This document shows positions 12,890-27,514 of a stretch of 64,000 bases of DNA, one piece after another. The DNA comes from Octopus sinensis (Eukaryota): positions 5,579,360 to 5,643,359 of the forward strand of contig NC_043019.1 of NCBI RefSeq assembly GCF_006345805.1, given 5' to 3'. The number at the start of each line of letters is the position of its first letter. Within the stretch, counting starts at the first letter, position 1. The translations under genes were made by a program, and so were the position numbers. The notes below the pieces were generated by a model. The model was given only the letters and a program-made list of their open reading frames with translations, was not told where the DNA came from and made no database searches.

Positions 12890-13109
12890 CCCTTTTGATA
12901 CCAACCCGGCTGAAACTGGCTCTGGCTCTGAGTACAAATGTCCTGTTTTCATAAGTTTTGAATTCAAATCTTCCACGAAACCTTAGTCACAATTTATGTT
13001 CCTAACACTAGCTTAATGAGAACCTAGTTATTTTACTAAATTCATTGTTATATCTAAAATAATTGAAAGAAACACAGAGCATCTCAAAATAAATACAGTA
13101 ACGAAAGGG
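12890..13109. mobile_element. piggyBac-type MITE, family 2
   Basis: TTAA|CCCTTT...AAAGGG|TTAA; second copy at 33572-33793. Confidence 0.85.
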
Positions 13110-14214
13110 TTAAATATTTACAAAACACGATGGACTACTAGATTTTTATTTTTATTATTCATAAATTATGTTTCAACATAAAATTAGATCAGATTTGATA
13201 TAATTCTCTTTGTGAACACATTTTTCCAGATAGTTTCATATTTGTTACTGTAGGCTCTTCTATAAAAAAACACTCTCATAGAATTATTGAACCAAGTTTC
13301 CTTCCAGGATAAAATTAAATACAACTTTGTTACGATTTGATCACAACTTGCTGTAAAACAAAACAGCCAGGCAATTGGCTTCCCTCTCATTCATCCACTT
13401 CCACACACAACACACACACACACACACACATCTATGTACAGATACACACACACACACACACGCACGCATAGATATAGATATACACATGCATTTATACAAT
13501 ACCCACTGATAATAATGTATGTATATATACATATACAGATGTGAAGCCATTTTATAGAAAGTATTATATATACACATTCTAACATGAACATTCTGGTTTC
13601 AAATTTTGGCACAAGGCCAGTAATTTCAAGAATAGGTCAAATACATCAACACCCCAGTGCATAACTGGTACTTATTTTATCGATCCTGGAAGGATGAAAG
13701 GCAAAGTAAACCTTGGTGGAATTTGAACTCAGAACATAAAGACGGACAAAATGCCGCTAAGCATTTTGCCCAGCGTGCTAACGATTCTGCCAGCTTACTG
13801 CCTTCTGACATGAATGGATTAACATTTATTAACATTGGCTATTGAATATCACTTATATACAAATATATATATATATATACACACATACACAAATACATGT
13901 GTATGTATGTTCATAACCTTCACCAAACACACGTATATTACATATATATATGCACATACACCCATATATATACATGCATGTGAAGTAGATGTGCACATTT
14001 CAACAAACTGCAGAACAAGACAATAAAAACAAAGAACTAAAAAATATAAACACTGGAATGGTTATTGTTTTGAATCTGCTGAATTAATTTCTTCAGTTAC
14101 AGAGAAAAAATACCCAAAGACCATCATCATTGCTTCCAAATAAGTTAATTTGTGCCATTATGGAATTTTTCCTTGATTAGGTTATTATTTTATATACAGT
14201 TTTGTGTGCGTGTG

Positions 14215-14251
14215 CATATGTATACATATATATATATATAATATATATATA

Positions 14252-14300
<49 letters not shown>

Positions 14301-14408
14301 TATTATATATATACATACATATATATATATTATATAATATATATACATACATACATACATACATATATATATATATATAACATATATATATATATATATA
14401 ATATATAC

Positions 14409-14481
<73 letters not shown>

Positions 14482-14594
14482 ATATACATACATACATACA
14501 TATATATAATATATATATATATTATAATATATATATATACATATATACATACATATATATATACATACATATATATATATACATATATATATAT

Positions 14595-14625
<31 letters not shown>

Positions 14626-14700
14626 TAATACATATATATATATATATATATTATATACATATATACATACATATAATATATATATATACATATATGCATA
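14215..14700. repeat. Long compound (TA)n/(TACA)n microsatellite
   Basis: Direct reading; similar tracts at 3020-3125, 3275-3470, 44725-44995 and elsewhere. Confidence 0.95.
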
Positions 14701-15346
14701 CACCTTATGTACCCCAAAATATCAGTGTGTTAGAATCAGTTTTCAAAACAGATTCTGTTTTCTTTAAGATTTATTTTTAAAAAATATTTCTCATTTTTTC
14801 AAACAGCTTTGAAAAAAAAATATCAATGAAATTTTTTTTTTCGAGAAGATATTGTGCTTAGTGTACATTTGATGCGACTATATTTGATGCGTATATACAT
14901 AAATAAGGGGGTGTATATACATAAATATAGGGTGTAATTTCAAAGCTAGTATCAGTTTGTTAACACTGACTCAATGTTGATGGTTGTTGTGACTTTTGTT
15001 CAGCATGAAACAGGGAGAAAGAACACTATGGGTGGGTTCTATAAAAATACACCGTACAGTCTTATGGGAATGGTATCACACTTGTAATGGGTTGAAATTT
15101 TCAGCCAAGGTCTGTCGATATATAACAATTCATCTTAACATTCACTGGTTATAACTAATGAAACAACCAAAGCTATATAACTAAAAATATATAACTGTGT
15201 ATACATATATGTATGTATATTCAATGTATGTATATATTGTGCAGCAATGAATGTACCAGGTTTTTACTCATCTAAAGACAGACCCCCAAAGTCAGCAGTT
15301 GAAGTGAAAGAGTACAGCCCCTACAATATGAGTGTGTGTTTGTGCC

Positions 15347-15382
<36 letters not shown>

Positions 15383-16120
15383 ATATATATGCATGTATAT
15401 ATACATAAACACATGAATATATAATACATATGTATATACAAGTATGTATATGTGTATATACATACACACGTGGTATATATACATATATATATATACTCAC
15501 ATACACATGACTATATGCATGTATATATGTATAGGTATATACATGTATAAATACTATCATATATATATGTATATGTATATATATATATATTATATATATA
15601 TATATATAATATATACATACATGCATATATCTATTTATATATGCCTGTATATATATATGTACCTGTATACATATTTATATATATCTATGCATATGTGTGA
15701 GTGTGTGTATATAGATACATATACATGAGTATGTGCGTAAATAAATTATATTTTGTTTTATTGTAGCTATCACAGCTAAGGCCATGCGGGAGCACTTTTC
15801 ATAAACGTGTGTGTGTTTATGTGTAGCCACACTTATACACACACAAATGTATATATGTGAACCTGTATTAATGTATTTAAGGTATTGATAAAATGTCAGA
15901 AAATTTTCGGCCGGAATTAAAAAATGGACGTAGGTTCAATTCTACCCTGGGATGCTCATTTCTCTTCGATTTGTTTTTTTTTTTGCTCTTCATTTTATAT
16001 GTCTGTGTGTATGTGTGTCTCTCTATGTATATATATTGACATATACATACATATATATATATATATGCATGTATTCACATATACATACATACATACATAC
16101 ATACATACATACATACATAA

Positions 16121-16215
<95 letters not shown>

Positions 16216-16406
16216 CATGTATTCACATATATGAGTGACAACAGATCTTTTGGAGGTATATTATTGAAAATAAATTAAATTTTGGAAGTTGTGTAATGAA
16301 AGAAGAGGAAATATTTCAATGAATCAACAGGTTTGGAGTTTTTCCTCTTTCAAATGCAAGTTCAGTCCTGAACAGGGTTGACTTTTGGAATATTCCTGTC
16401 TACCAT

Positions 16407-17150
16407 TTATACAGTGGTAGCCTGTGATGTTTCCATGGCAACAACCTGCTCTGATTTCATCTTCACATAATATCTACCTTTACACCATGGACTCTGTAAA
16501 GTCATCAGCTTACAGTCACCAGGTATCAGCTTCTCCTTGTTTTCGGTGCTACAAACCACAAGGCAGAAATTGTTCAAGTGCAGTTCGTCATAAACAGGAC
16601 CATCTAAATGTTTTTTAATTACTTCCTTGTTTAATTCCTGCACCACCAAACTAACGACTTCTTCTGCTGTTGTATTGTGCGTTACACATAAGCGGACACT
16701 CGTACCTTTTGCGAGCCCTGTTTCATATGCTGCATAAACACGAATCACATCCGTTTTGGACGATGATGTTTGCTTTAACATACTATTCTCTTGATTGTTG
16801 TTGCTGTTGTTTTCTTGTGTTGGATCATAAAACTTGGCAATTTTCCTGTTGTCTTTGCCGACACTGATCAAATTGGAATCACAGAATAAAGAGTCGCTGC
16901 TCATTAAAGAACTGTGACTGGAATTCGTTAATCTTCCAATATCTCCAATTGCAAGAACCTGAGGTCCATAAGTCTGTGACAAAAGAGCTTTTACTGCTAT
17001 TCCACCATCTCGCTTTGTCTTGTCTCGAGAAAATGTTATTATATCCATAATCCAGCGGTTAGTTTTCCATATTTTCTCTGCTTCCAGTTGAAGATTGGTC
17101 AAAAGATCCACCCGTTCCTTGGCAGCAACTAATTCTGGAGAGGAAAATGC
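16407..17150 (-). CDS. ANKFN1: ANKFN1 terminal exon with Ras-association (RA) domain; ends ...ETSQATTV*
   Basis: [36 protein letters not shown]...[40 protein letters not shown]; acceptor cttcttgtag; TAA at 16407-16409. Confidence 0.95.
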   Translation of the reverse strand, partial: AFSSPELVAAKERVDLLTNLQLEAEKIWKTNRWIMDIITFSRDKTKRDGGIAVKALLSQTYGPQVLAIGDIGRLTNSSHSSLMSSDSLFCDSNLISVGKDNRKIAKFYDPTQENNSNNNQENSMLKQTSSSKTDVIRVYAAYETGLAKGTSVRLCVTHNTTAEEVVSLVVQELNKEVIKKHLDGPVYDELHLNNFCLVVCSTENKEKLIPGDCKLMTLQSPWCKGRYYVKMKSEQVVAMETSQATTV

Positions 17151-20100
17151 CTACAAGAAGAAAAAAAAGTTATGTTCATATATATTTTTTTACTGAAATC
17201 TATTTGTATTTTTTTCATTAAAGACTCAACTTTGATGCAGTTTTAATCTTTTTTTAATCTTTTTTGATGCAGTTTTAATCTTTTTTTTGTACAGATTTTT
17301 CATATTTTCTAACCAATGTCTATAAATATATTTAGAAACAGAATCTGTTAAGTGGGAACAATATATCTTAAAGTTATTGTTTTCATATTATTTTTGTGTC
17401 TAATATAAGGGGAAAATGTAACTAAAATCTGTTTTAATTGGGGTGAAGATAGGGGGGAAACAAAGAACTCACAGCTCTTCTACACTGTTGCAGTGATAAC
17501 ATAAATCCTACGATTACAGGCGAACTTAAGTTCAGTTGATGATGCTAAAAAGCTATGGGCTTGATCTACAAGTATAGCTATAGGTTGGAAAGATGAGATA
17601 TCTACCTCTCTCTGTGCTTGTTGTGCAAGTCCTAGGTCACACTCCAAAATAGAGGATAGACGAGAGTACAAAGACAATAAATCTGGTTGGTAGGTTGTCA
17701 TGTGATCTGTAAATAGGATCAGAGAAAACATTGGTTTTAAAAATTAATTTATAATTAATTTATAATCTGGCATTAAACAACAAGAGAAACAAAATCAGAA
17801 AATAAAAAGATTAAAAAAATGAATATTGTTATACTTGGGGATGGCCATATTTTGCTAATTAAACAATGCAGGTATTATATATTTGGTTTTCACTTTAGCT
17901 TTATTATTATTATTGCTTTACTTATTCCAGAACAAAAGGAGACACATGGGATAGAGAATCCCTGAATAGGTCACAGGATGTGTGATGAAAGAACTTTGAC
18001 AAAGAAACTAAAAAACAATAATAAAGCTCAAGTGAAGACCAAATATATAATGCATGTATTTAATTGGCAAAATATGACCATCCCCAAGTACCATAAATCC
18101 TTGAGTATAATCCGCATTTTTTTCCCAAAATTTAAAGGTCAAAATCCCTAGTGTGTACTATATACAAGGTTAAAAATGAAAAATATTTTCTAAGCAATGT
18201 CCGAGTCTCTATTTGCTGTCCGGCAATGTTTATTCAGACACATTTTGTGATGTCGGGCGTGAAAATACCTTAAGCTAAGCATGAAAGCAATGAAGTCATA
18301 AAAGAATCATCCATAACTTGCAGTAAGCAACATTTATTAAACGTTATTACTGTTATTTCTTTATTTTCTGCAAACAAAATGCACAAAAAAGCTACACATT
18401 TGCATCATGTTATATATACAATAATAATAAAGGACGTTACCGTATACATTTTTACAAACCAAGGACGTTATATAGACCTCCTTGACTCAAGTTAGAGAAG
18501 GGGTGTGTATAATACACAAGGTTTAGGTTTTTCAGAGGTACAGCCCCCAAAAATCCCCTGCGTATTATAGTCATGGGCGAACTAGACTCGAGGATTTACG
18601 GTATAACAATATTTGTTTCATCACACTACTCCATATCAAGAATCTTGCAAAACAAATACATAAACGTAAAAGGAAAACAAAAAAAGAATACTTTGGCAAA
18701 TTCTAGGTACTTACTCATTTCAAAGACTTGAACAGGCAAAGTCAGCAGTTCTGTGTACTGGGTGAATGGTTCAATATCCTTTCCTGGCACTATACAAACA
18801 TCTTCGGTTGGTGGAAGTAACACCAAGAATGCTACATCTTTACTCAACTCAACCACTTCAAGATCATACAGCCTATGATTATCTGCTTGGTCAGCCATTC
18901 CTGCAATCAGAGACAGACATTCAAAGGTGAGAGAGAATACAATCTATTCAGATCTTTCAGGCAACACATAATGATTCTGTAGTCAAGGGGATAAAATTGG
19001 ATGATGTGACAATCATGCCCTTTTATATTAGTAGTATTGTTTGTTCCTTCTCGAGCCACACCTGGCTCATTAGGATCCGGTTTCCTGGTTTCCCAGTTTC
19101 CTTGGCGTATAGGTTCCCCACCTGGACGGAACACCGGTCCACCACAGGTGAGATGCAAGATGCAGGAGGAAAGAGTGAGAGAAAGTTATGGTGAAAGAGT
19201 CAGCAGAAATTTCGCCATTATCTTCTGCCGGAACCACGTGGAGTTTAGGTGTTTTTGCTCAATAAACACACAGAACGCCTGGTCTGGGAATCGAAACTGC
19301 GATCCTCCGACCGAGAGTTCGCTGCCCTAACCACTGGGCCATTGTGCCCCCACAGTTTCATTATATATTGGTTTCAAACTTTGGTACAAGGCCAGTAATT
19401 TTGGGGAGGGCTAAGTCAATTACATTGACCCTAGTGTTCAACTGGTACTTATTTTATTGACCCCTGAAAGGATGAAGGGCAAAGTTGACCTCAGCAGAAT
19501 GTAAAAACAGATAAAATGCTACTAAGCATTTTGCCTGGTTTGCCATCGATTCTTATTTCTTTATTGCCCACAATTGCTCATCAAAAACAACATAGAGGGA
19601 ACAAACAAGGACAGACAAAGGGATTAAGTCGATTATATTGACCCCAGTGCGTAACTGGCACTTAATTTATCGACCCTGAAAGGATGAAAGGCAAAGTCGA
19701 CCTCGGTGGAATTTGAACCCAGAACGTAACGGCAGACAAAATACTGCTAAGCATTTCGCCTGGCGTGCTAACGATTCTGCTAATGAGCTAACGTTTGCCA
19801 ACGATTCTGCCAGCTCACTGCATTAATGCAAATCATTATATATTGTTCTTAGAACTACAATGCAATACCTGTAGCTGCAGTAAGGCTTGAACTCCTGACC
19901 ATATATGGTCAGTGGCCACTAGCTTAACCACATGGCTATCAAATTTTAACCAAGGTTCTAATAGGATTTATTTTAGATTTCAACTTACCCATCAGATCTA
20001 ATAGTTGTTGGATTGCTTTGTTTAAACTCCGATGGAAATCTTTCTGAATGGTAGATGCAGTTGGAAGGGCATCAACTCCTTTCCGAAAATGCTGTAACCA

Positions 20101-20693
20101 CAACCATTCTTCTCTGAAATGAAATACAGTAAAGGTGAGGGGAAAGGAATCATCATCATCACCATCGTCAACACTATGGACATCATCATTATAGAGATAG
20201 AAACTTCAATATTAAGGAGATCAAAATTGAACGTCTCATCTTGAACTGTGTGTGTGTGAGTGTGTGTTTGTATGTGTGGTGTGTGTGTGTGTGTGTGAAT
20301 CTTTTATCTTTTACTTGTTTCAGTCATTAGACTGCAGCCATGCTGAGGCACCACCCTGAAGAATTCTAATCAAATGGATGGCCCCGCCACCCAAGACTTG
20401 TTATTATTCTGTTAAGCCTGATACTTATTCAATCAGTCTCTTTCGCTGTACTGGTAAGTTACGGGGACGTAAACACACCAACACTGGTTATCAAGTGATG
20501 AAGGGGTACAAGCACATACACAGACACGCACACACACATATATATATACATAAATATATATCATATATATATATATACATAAATATATATCATATATATA
20601 TATATATATATAAATGTATAGAAGTAAATATATGACACAACGAAGTACCGATATTTACTGGAAAGCAATACTATTTGCATTACTATTTTATAT

Positions 20694-20757
<64 letters not shown>

Positions 20758-21640
20758 TATATATACACATACATGTATACATGTATGTAATATAATTTTT
20801 TTCTGAAACTTCAGATTTTTAAATATGCTGGACCACTGGTTTTAAATTGATATTAATCAAATTAATATTAAATTTTTCACCCTTATTCATCATCATTATC
20901 ATCATCGTTTAGCGTCTGCTTTCCATGCTAGCATGGGTTGGACGGTTCAACTGGGGTCTGGGAAGCCAGAAGGCTGCACCAAGCCCAGATATATATATAT
21001 ATATCTGTGTGTGTCTTTGTATATGTGTTTGTCCACTGTCACCACTTGACAACCAACATATATAGATTAATGTGAGACTCAAAGGATGTATTATCCGAGT
21101 AGATACTGTGGTCAATCTAAGTTATGTTCCAGGTTATGACTAACCACAATGATTAGTATTTAATGTTTATGACAACGAGAAGTAGTCACTGAAGCTGTAA
21201 ATTCCTCTGATGAGTAATTCCATGTTTGCTTCTCTGGTTGGTAATATTGTTTGGAGTGTAATATTACCAATAATTATAATGACAGAGAATATGGAGATTG
21301 GTACATCCCCAGAATTTATTTCTATTTATTTTGCGATGTCCTATGGCAGATTTTTATGGTTACGACAACGTTGTAAAATAAAAGGAAATAAATTTTGAGG
21401 ATATATCAGTCTCTATATTGTATATTGTTATAATTGTTGCATACACACACACACACACACACACATGCTGGGCTTCTTTCAGTTTCTAATCTACCAAGTT
21501 CACTCACAAGGCTTTGGTTGACCCAAGCAGTAGAAGGCACTCACCAATTATTCCATGCAATGGAACTGAACCCAGAACCATCTGGCTGGGAAGCAAACTT
21601 CTTGTCACACAACCATACACACACACACACACACGCACAC

Positions 21641-21671
<31 letters not shown>

Positions 21672-21782
21672 ACATGCACGCACGCACGCATGCACGCATG
21701 CACACACACACACACACACACGCACACACACACACACATGCATACAGAAACATAATACTCACACAGAAACACACACACACAG

Positions 21783-21821
<39 letters not shown>

Positions 21822-23153
21822 CACACACACACACGCATAATTTGGCAGGACAAAATTCTTACCTTGATACATTTGGACAGTCCCTGATTTTGACATGTGG
21901 TAAAATATTTGGCGCATTGTTTGGGGTGAAAACTTTGATGAGCTCCATGGAACTGACCAACTTCAAGTAGCCAAGGTATAAACCTCGTTGTGTTGGCACT
22001 GTACTAACGTCGTTGTAAAGAATCATATCCTGTAAGAGACAATATAAAAAAAAAAACTGTAAAATAATGTTTCACACGCACACAGACATATATGTACAAG
22101 TACATACATACATACATACATACATGTACATTGTTATTTGTTTTAAGATACAAAACACATAAAGGTACCCCATACATGTTTATATTAAAAGTATGCACAG
22201 TGTAAAGTATGTATATGTTGTAGAATGTAATGTATGTATATACTGTAAAATGTAATGTATATATATGGTCTACAATGTAAAGGGCTAACCCTTTCGTTAT
22301 TGTATATATATGCAAGGACTTTCTAAAAGTTCATGCAAAGTTATGAAGATGAAGTAATGTGGTCAATAACACATCATATCATAGGTCATAGCTCCTGGTT
22401 TATCATGTTGTGTATCATTGAGAATTTTCTTTTATTTTCATCTGTTAAACTGTTTCAACCCATTTATGAATATAACCAACCAAACAATACCGGCTGAGAA
22501 CTTGTATGGATGGCTTTGGAATTTGGCACATATAACAAGCACCTGTATTCAGGTCTCTTTCTCTCTTCACCTACCTGTTTCCATCTATCACTCTGTCTTA
22601 ACATTGTCTACCCCTATCACAACCCAACACTTCTCTCCCCCCTCTGTGACCTCTCACCTGAATCATTCTGTCTCTATCAGCAAATAAAGGAGATAGCCGT
22701 GTAGCAGTTGACCTCCATCTAATAAATACAGGATATTCCGGTATACTTTTGTATGTAAATGATGTTGTATTATTACAATAAGTGGTACATACCACTGAGA
22801 ACTGGTTTTTATTAGAATACAAGAAAACATGTTAACATGTGTTTGTGTGTGTGTATGTATGTTACTCTTTTACTCTCTTATTTGTTTCAGTCATTTGACT
22901 GCGGCCATGCTGGAGCATCACCTTTAGTCGAACAAATCAACTCCAGTACTCATTCTTTGTAAACCTAGTACTTATTCTATCAGTCTCTTTTGCCAAACCG
23001 CTAAGTTACAGGGACGTAAGCACACCAGCATTGGTTGTCAAGTGATGGTGGGGGGACAAACACAGATACACAAACATATGCACACACACACAGACACAGA
23101 AACACACACACACACATACATGCAATGAGTTTATTTCAGTTTCTGTCTTCCAA

Positions 23154-23184
<31 letters not shown>

Positions 23185-23341
23185 TTATATAGAAGGAGCT
23201 TCTACAGGACTAGAACTGTTTCATTCAAAAGAATCAGTTCTAGTCCTGTAGAAGCTCCTTCTATATAATAAATTAATTTACTCTGCTATGTATTGAGTAC
23301 CTTATTTACTGTGGTTAACGCCGACTCAACCCGGGACCTAC

Positions 23342-23409
<68 letters not shown>

Positions 23410-24100
23410 TAAGGGTATCTAAGACATACCACCATGCTAGATATAGCAGCCACAACTTGACTCTAAAACCACATTAAATGTTCATACAGCACCAGGAGAG
23501 AAGACAAAGAGCCAGAAATCCGGGATCTGGAATTATCCAATAATTTTTTTTGCTTGTTTATTTTGTCATTTTGTCTTCTCTCCTGGTGCTGTATGAACAT
23601 TTAATGTGGTTTTAGAGTCAAGTTTTGGCTGCTATATCTAGCATGGTGGTATCTTTTAGATACCCTTAATTATAATTTAATAACAATTATTACCTATGCG
23701 GTTTTTATTCCCATGCTAGCCACCTGATATGATCGGTATTTTAAATAACGATCTTATCCTTATATATATATATGGGTATAAGTAAGTATTTCATTTATTC
23801 CTTTGCCGCATTTATCACTGATGAAGAGAAGGTTCTTATGAACTAACTCTGAAATCGGGTCTGATATGATAATAACAGGATTTTTTGAAATTTCTATCGG
23901 CTTTTTTTGAGATATGTGCTTGTATTGATAAATTACATGGTTATTGACATTATGTCTATTTTCGGCATATTTTGGCATTAGAAATTTTTTTTCTTTTGCC
24001 CTTACTTATAAATTGTTTCTAAACTTAAACTATAAAGGTATTTTTTTGATATGCTGGCCATTGACAGAATTTTTTTCAAAAAATTTTATCCTGCATTAGA

Positions 24101-24150
<50 letters not shown>

Positions 24151-24837
24151 AATATATACATATCTATTTGTATGTGTGTGCGTGTGTGTGCATGCATGTG
24201 TGCATGGTTATTGCAACTTTGCTGGTTTCGATTTAAAATGTAAAAAGTATTGTTTTAAAAATATTTCGAAAAAGAAGTTGATAAAAGAAGTGGGTAGAAG
24301 AACTCATTCTACTTACCGCAGCAGAGTTCAAGAGTAGTTCATGCGCTTCACTGCTGTCTTGGTCTATAACAGTCATTCTCCGGTGAAGTTTGGCCAAGGA
24401 CACCCATTTACCAGAACCAAGAGCCAGGAATTTGGTGTCTTTGATTTCCTTGATACATACTAATACGGTGCTGCCATTGTTGTCTTTTAATGGCTGGTGG
24501 TAGAACTGTCCAAGATCACTGATGCCTAAAGCACTCTGTTAAGACAAGGAGAAATGGTAAAGTGAGAATACAGACACACAGCAATGGCATGGTGTGGGAT
24601 GCGCTGGGGTGGAACATATACTCTTTACTCTTTTACTCTTTTACTTGTTTCAGTCATTTGACTGTGGCCATGCTGGAGCGCCACCTTTAGTCGAGCAAAT
24701 CGACCCCCGAGACTTATTCTTTGTAAGCCCACTACTTATTCTATCGATCTCTTTTGCCGAACCGCTAAGTGACGGGGACGTAAACACACCAGCATCAGTT
24801 GTCAAGCAATGCTAAGGAGACAAACACACACACAAAC

Positions 24838-24877
<40 letters not shown>

Positions 24878-25388
24878 ATATATACGACAGGCTTCTTTCA
24901 GTTTCCGTCTACCAAATCCACTCACAAGGCATTGGTCCGCCCGGGGCTATAGCAGAAGACACTTGCCCAAGATGCCACGCAATGGGACTGAACCCGGAAC
25001 CATGTGGTTGGTTAGCAAGCTACTTACCACACAGCCACTCCTGCGCCTATTACATTTAAGCCATCAGCATTCAAATTGCTCTGTCAAATGCAATGGTTTT
25101 TTATTCACGTTGCTTGGAATCAGTCATGCATTGTTTTGTAGCTTTGAGATTTCTGTTATGGGATTAGTCTTTTACTTGTTTAGTTGAAGAAATCGACCCC
25201 AGGACCTATTCTTTGTAAGCCTAGTACTTATTCTTTGTGCCTCTTTTGCTAAACCACTAAGTTACAGGGATGTAAACACACCAACATTGGCTGTCAAGCG
25301 ATGGTGGTGGGGATAAACACAGACATACATATAAATATACATACATACATACATACATACATACATACATACATACATACATACATAC

Positions 25389-25461
<73 letters not shown>

Positions 25462-27483
25462 ATCCAAACATGAGCAAAGAGAAACCACAACAATGCAAGG
25501 ATGTGGAACATGTTTAGTGTTATTGGATGCTCAGGAAAGGAAAGAAAGAAGGAGGATTTAACATTTCGAGCGGAGCTCTTCATCAGAAACATAGAAAAAG
25601 GAAAGGCCCAAGGAAGGGAAGACAGAGAAAGAAAATCGGCAACAGTACACAAGAGACACACACATATATATATAAGACACACACATACACACAACAGGTT
25701 TCTTTCAGTTTCAGTTTCATAATCCTATCATGATTGTGAATCAGCCTTGAAATGTAATGAGAAAATTCCCATATTTGGTTAACATGACGTCTGACAACAC
25801 CAACAAAGGTGATTGCTACAGACAGTTGGCCGTGTTCACTTTCGGAAAGTTCTATGATTCACTTTGGAAACACCATGGCATAAAACCAGTCAGCAAACAG
25901 TAAAGTTTTCCCAAACAGTAATCCTATCAAGTCTAGTGTGTTCTACTAAAATCTATGCAGGATGTTGTTGAAATAGCAAACACCTGATGAGATGTCAGTT
26001 GCTCCATCTATGGTTTCTGACGAACATTTGATGGTGAAAGCACATTACCAACAAAAAAGGTTGTGCAGAGTCAAAATATGTCAAGTGCAGAGTCCTTCCT
26101 GATGGAATTGCAATTGTGCTGCTTGGAACACTAGGATCTCCAAGACTGCTCTACAATGAGCTGAAATATGGCAATCATCAAAAAGAGCACCCATAACTCC
26201 CTTATAAATATTTCATCAAATAATTTCTTAATGAAGGGGGTGGTTTGATTGTAACTGCTTGGGAGAAGATAGTGGCTGATTGTAAAGAATGGCAAAGAGT
26301 TACGAAGAGAAGTGTAAATGTTGCAGAATGAAACTGAGACCACAAATAGGACACAAGACTGTTGCTTTTAGTCCTGGTGCAGTGGATTCTCCTCAAACTT
26401 TTCTCTCTTCATTTTCTCTCTATTTCATTGAAGGAAACATATATCTGTGGTCATTTTTTATTTGTGAGTGATGGCTGGGCGTGCAGGTGAGTATTGAGTT
26501 TAGATCAATGAGAAGAAAGATTTCTTGAAAAAAATACTCTCCAGAAACTTACCTGTAGTAAAGCTGCTGCTTGGAGAAGTTTACCTCGGAAGTGTGTGGA
26601 ACCGGCACTTGTACTTTTGTACATGTCATGTCGCAGTGATTTCACATCTGTCCAGGTACAGGCAATCTAAAAGAAACACAATTCAACTGTATGGAGAACT
26701 TTCTAGACACACCGATAAATAAATACAATATTAAATCTATGTAGCAATTGGGAAATCATTAATAATTCTTCACATTGATAGATAGTCTTGTGTGTTGTTG
26801 TTGTTGCTTAGCCCCAGGTTGTCCTTGGTCTGTCAGACCTGTAATCAAAAGTGTTCTACCTGGGGTCACCATTAATCAATGTGTCTCTCTTTGGGGAAGA
26901 ATTGGTCACTCTTTTGAGTAGTTTGAGCAACCATATAGAGGTTACCACCTTAGGTAGAAAAGTCCCATATTTTATAGGGATGGGGGTGAATTAGGGAAAA
27001 TGTAAGTTGTAGTACGACTGCATGTCTTTGGTGAGATACCATAGAATCAACATCAATGTTGAAGTTGATATTATATATCAGATGAAAGAGAACACACTGT
27101 AGCAAACTAGATATATGAGTGAAGAAGTTATAGTATATTACACAAGATAATGAGCTAGAGGAGGAGTAATGCTATAAATAAACCAGTTGAATTTTGTTCA
27201 TCAAAGCTGAACAATATATAACTTATTTGAAAGAAAGATTTACAAGCTCAGCTCTTTCTCCTCAAATTATATAGGGGCAAGCTCAAAAGATAAAAGTATG
27301 CTCAAAAGTAAAACGTATGCTCAAGAGGTTTCTGGACAGCTTTACTTTGATTGGATCAAGTGTAATAGCTAGAAGTTTGAGGAGTGAAGTAACCAAGTGA
27401 GCAGAATAAGGTGCTTGAGGTAGCCTAGATGATGATGATGATGATGGTCGTGGTGGTGGTGATTGTTGTTGTCATCATTGTTG

Positions 27484-27514
<31 letters not shown>

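Noticed and set aside
14190-16278. Long ORFs of Y/I/H/T/C/V (and the many similar ones across the window)
   Set aside because: Translations of (TA)n, (CA)n and (TACA)n microsatellites, which lack stops.
25984-26060. CTGATGA and CTGACGA...GAAA as hammerheads
   Set aside because: They fall inside a decayed RTE coding remnant; stem I does not pair and the first has no GAAA.
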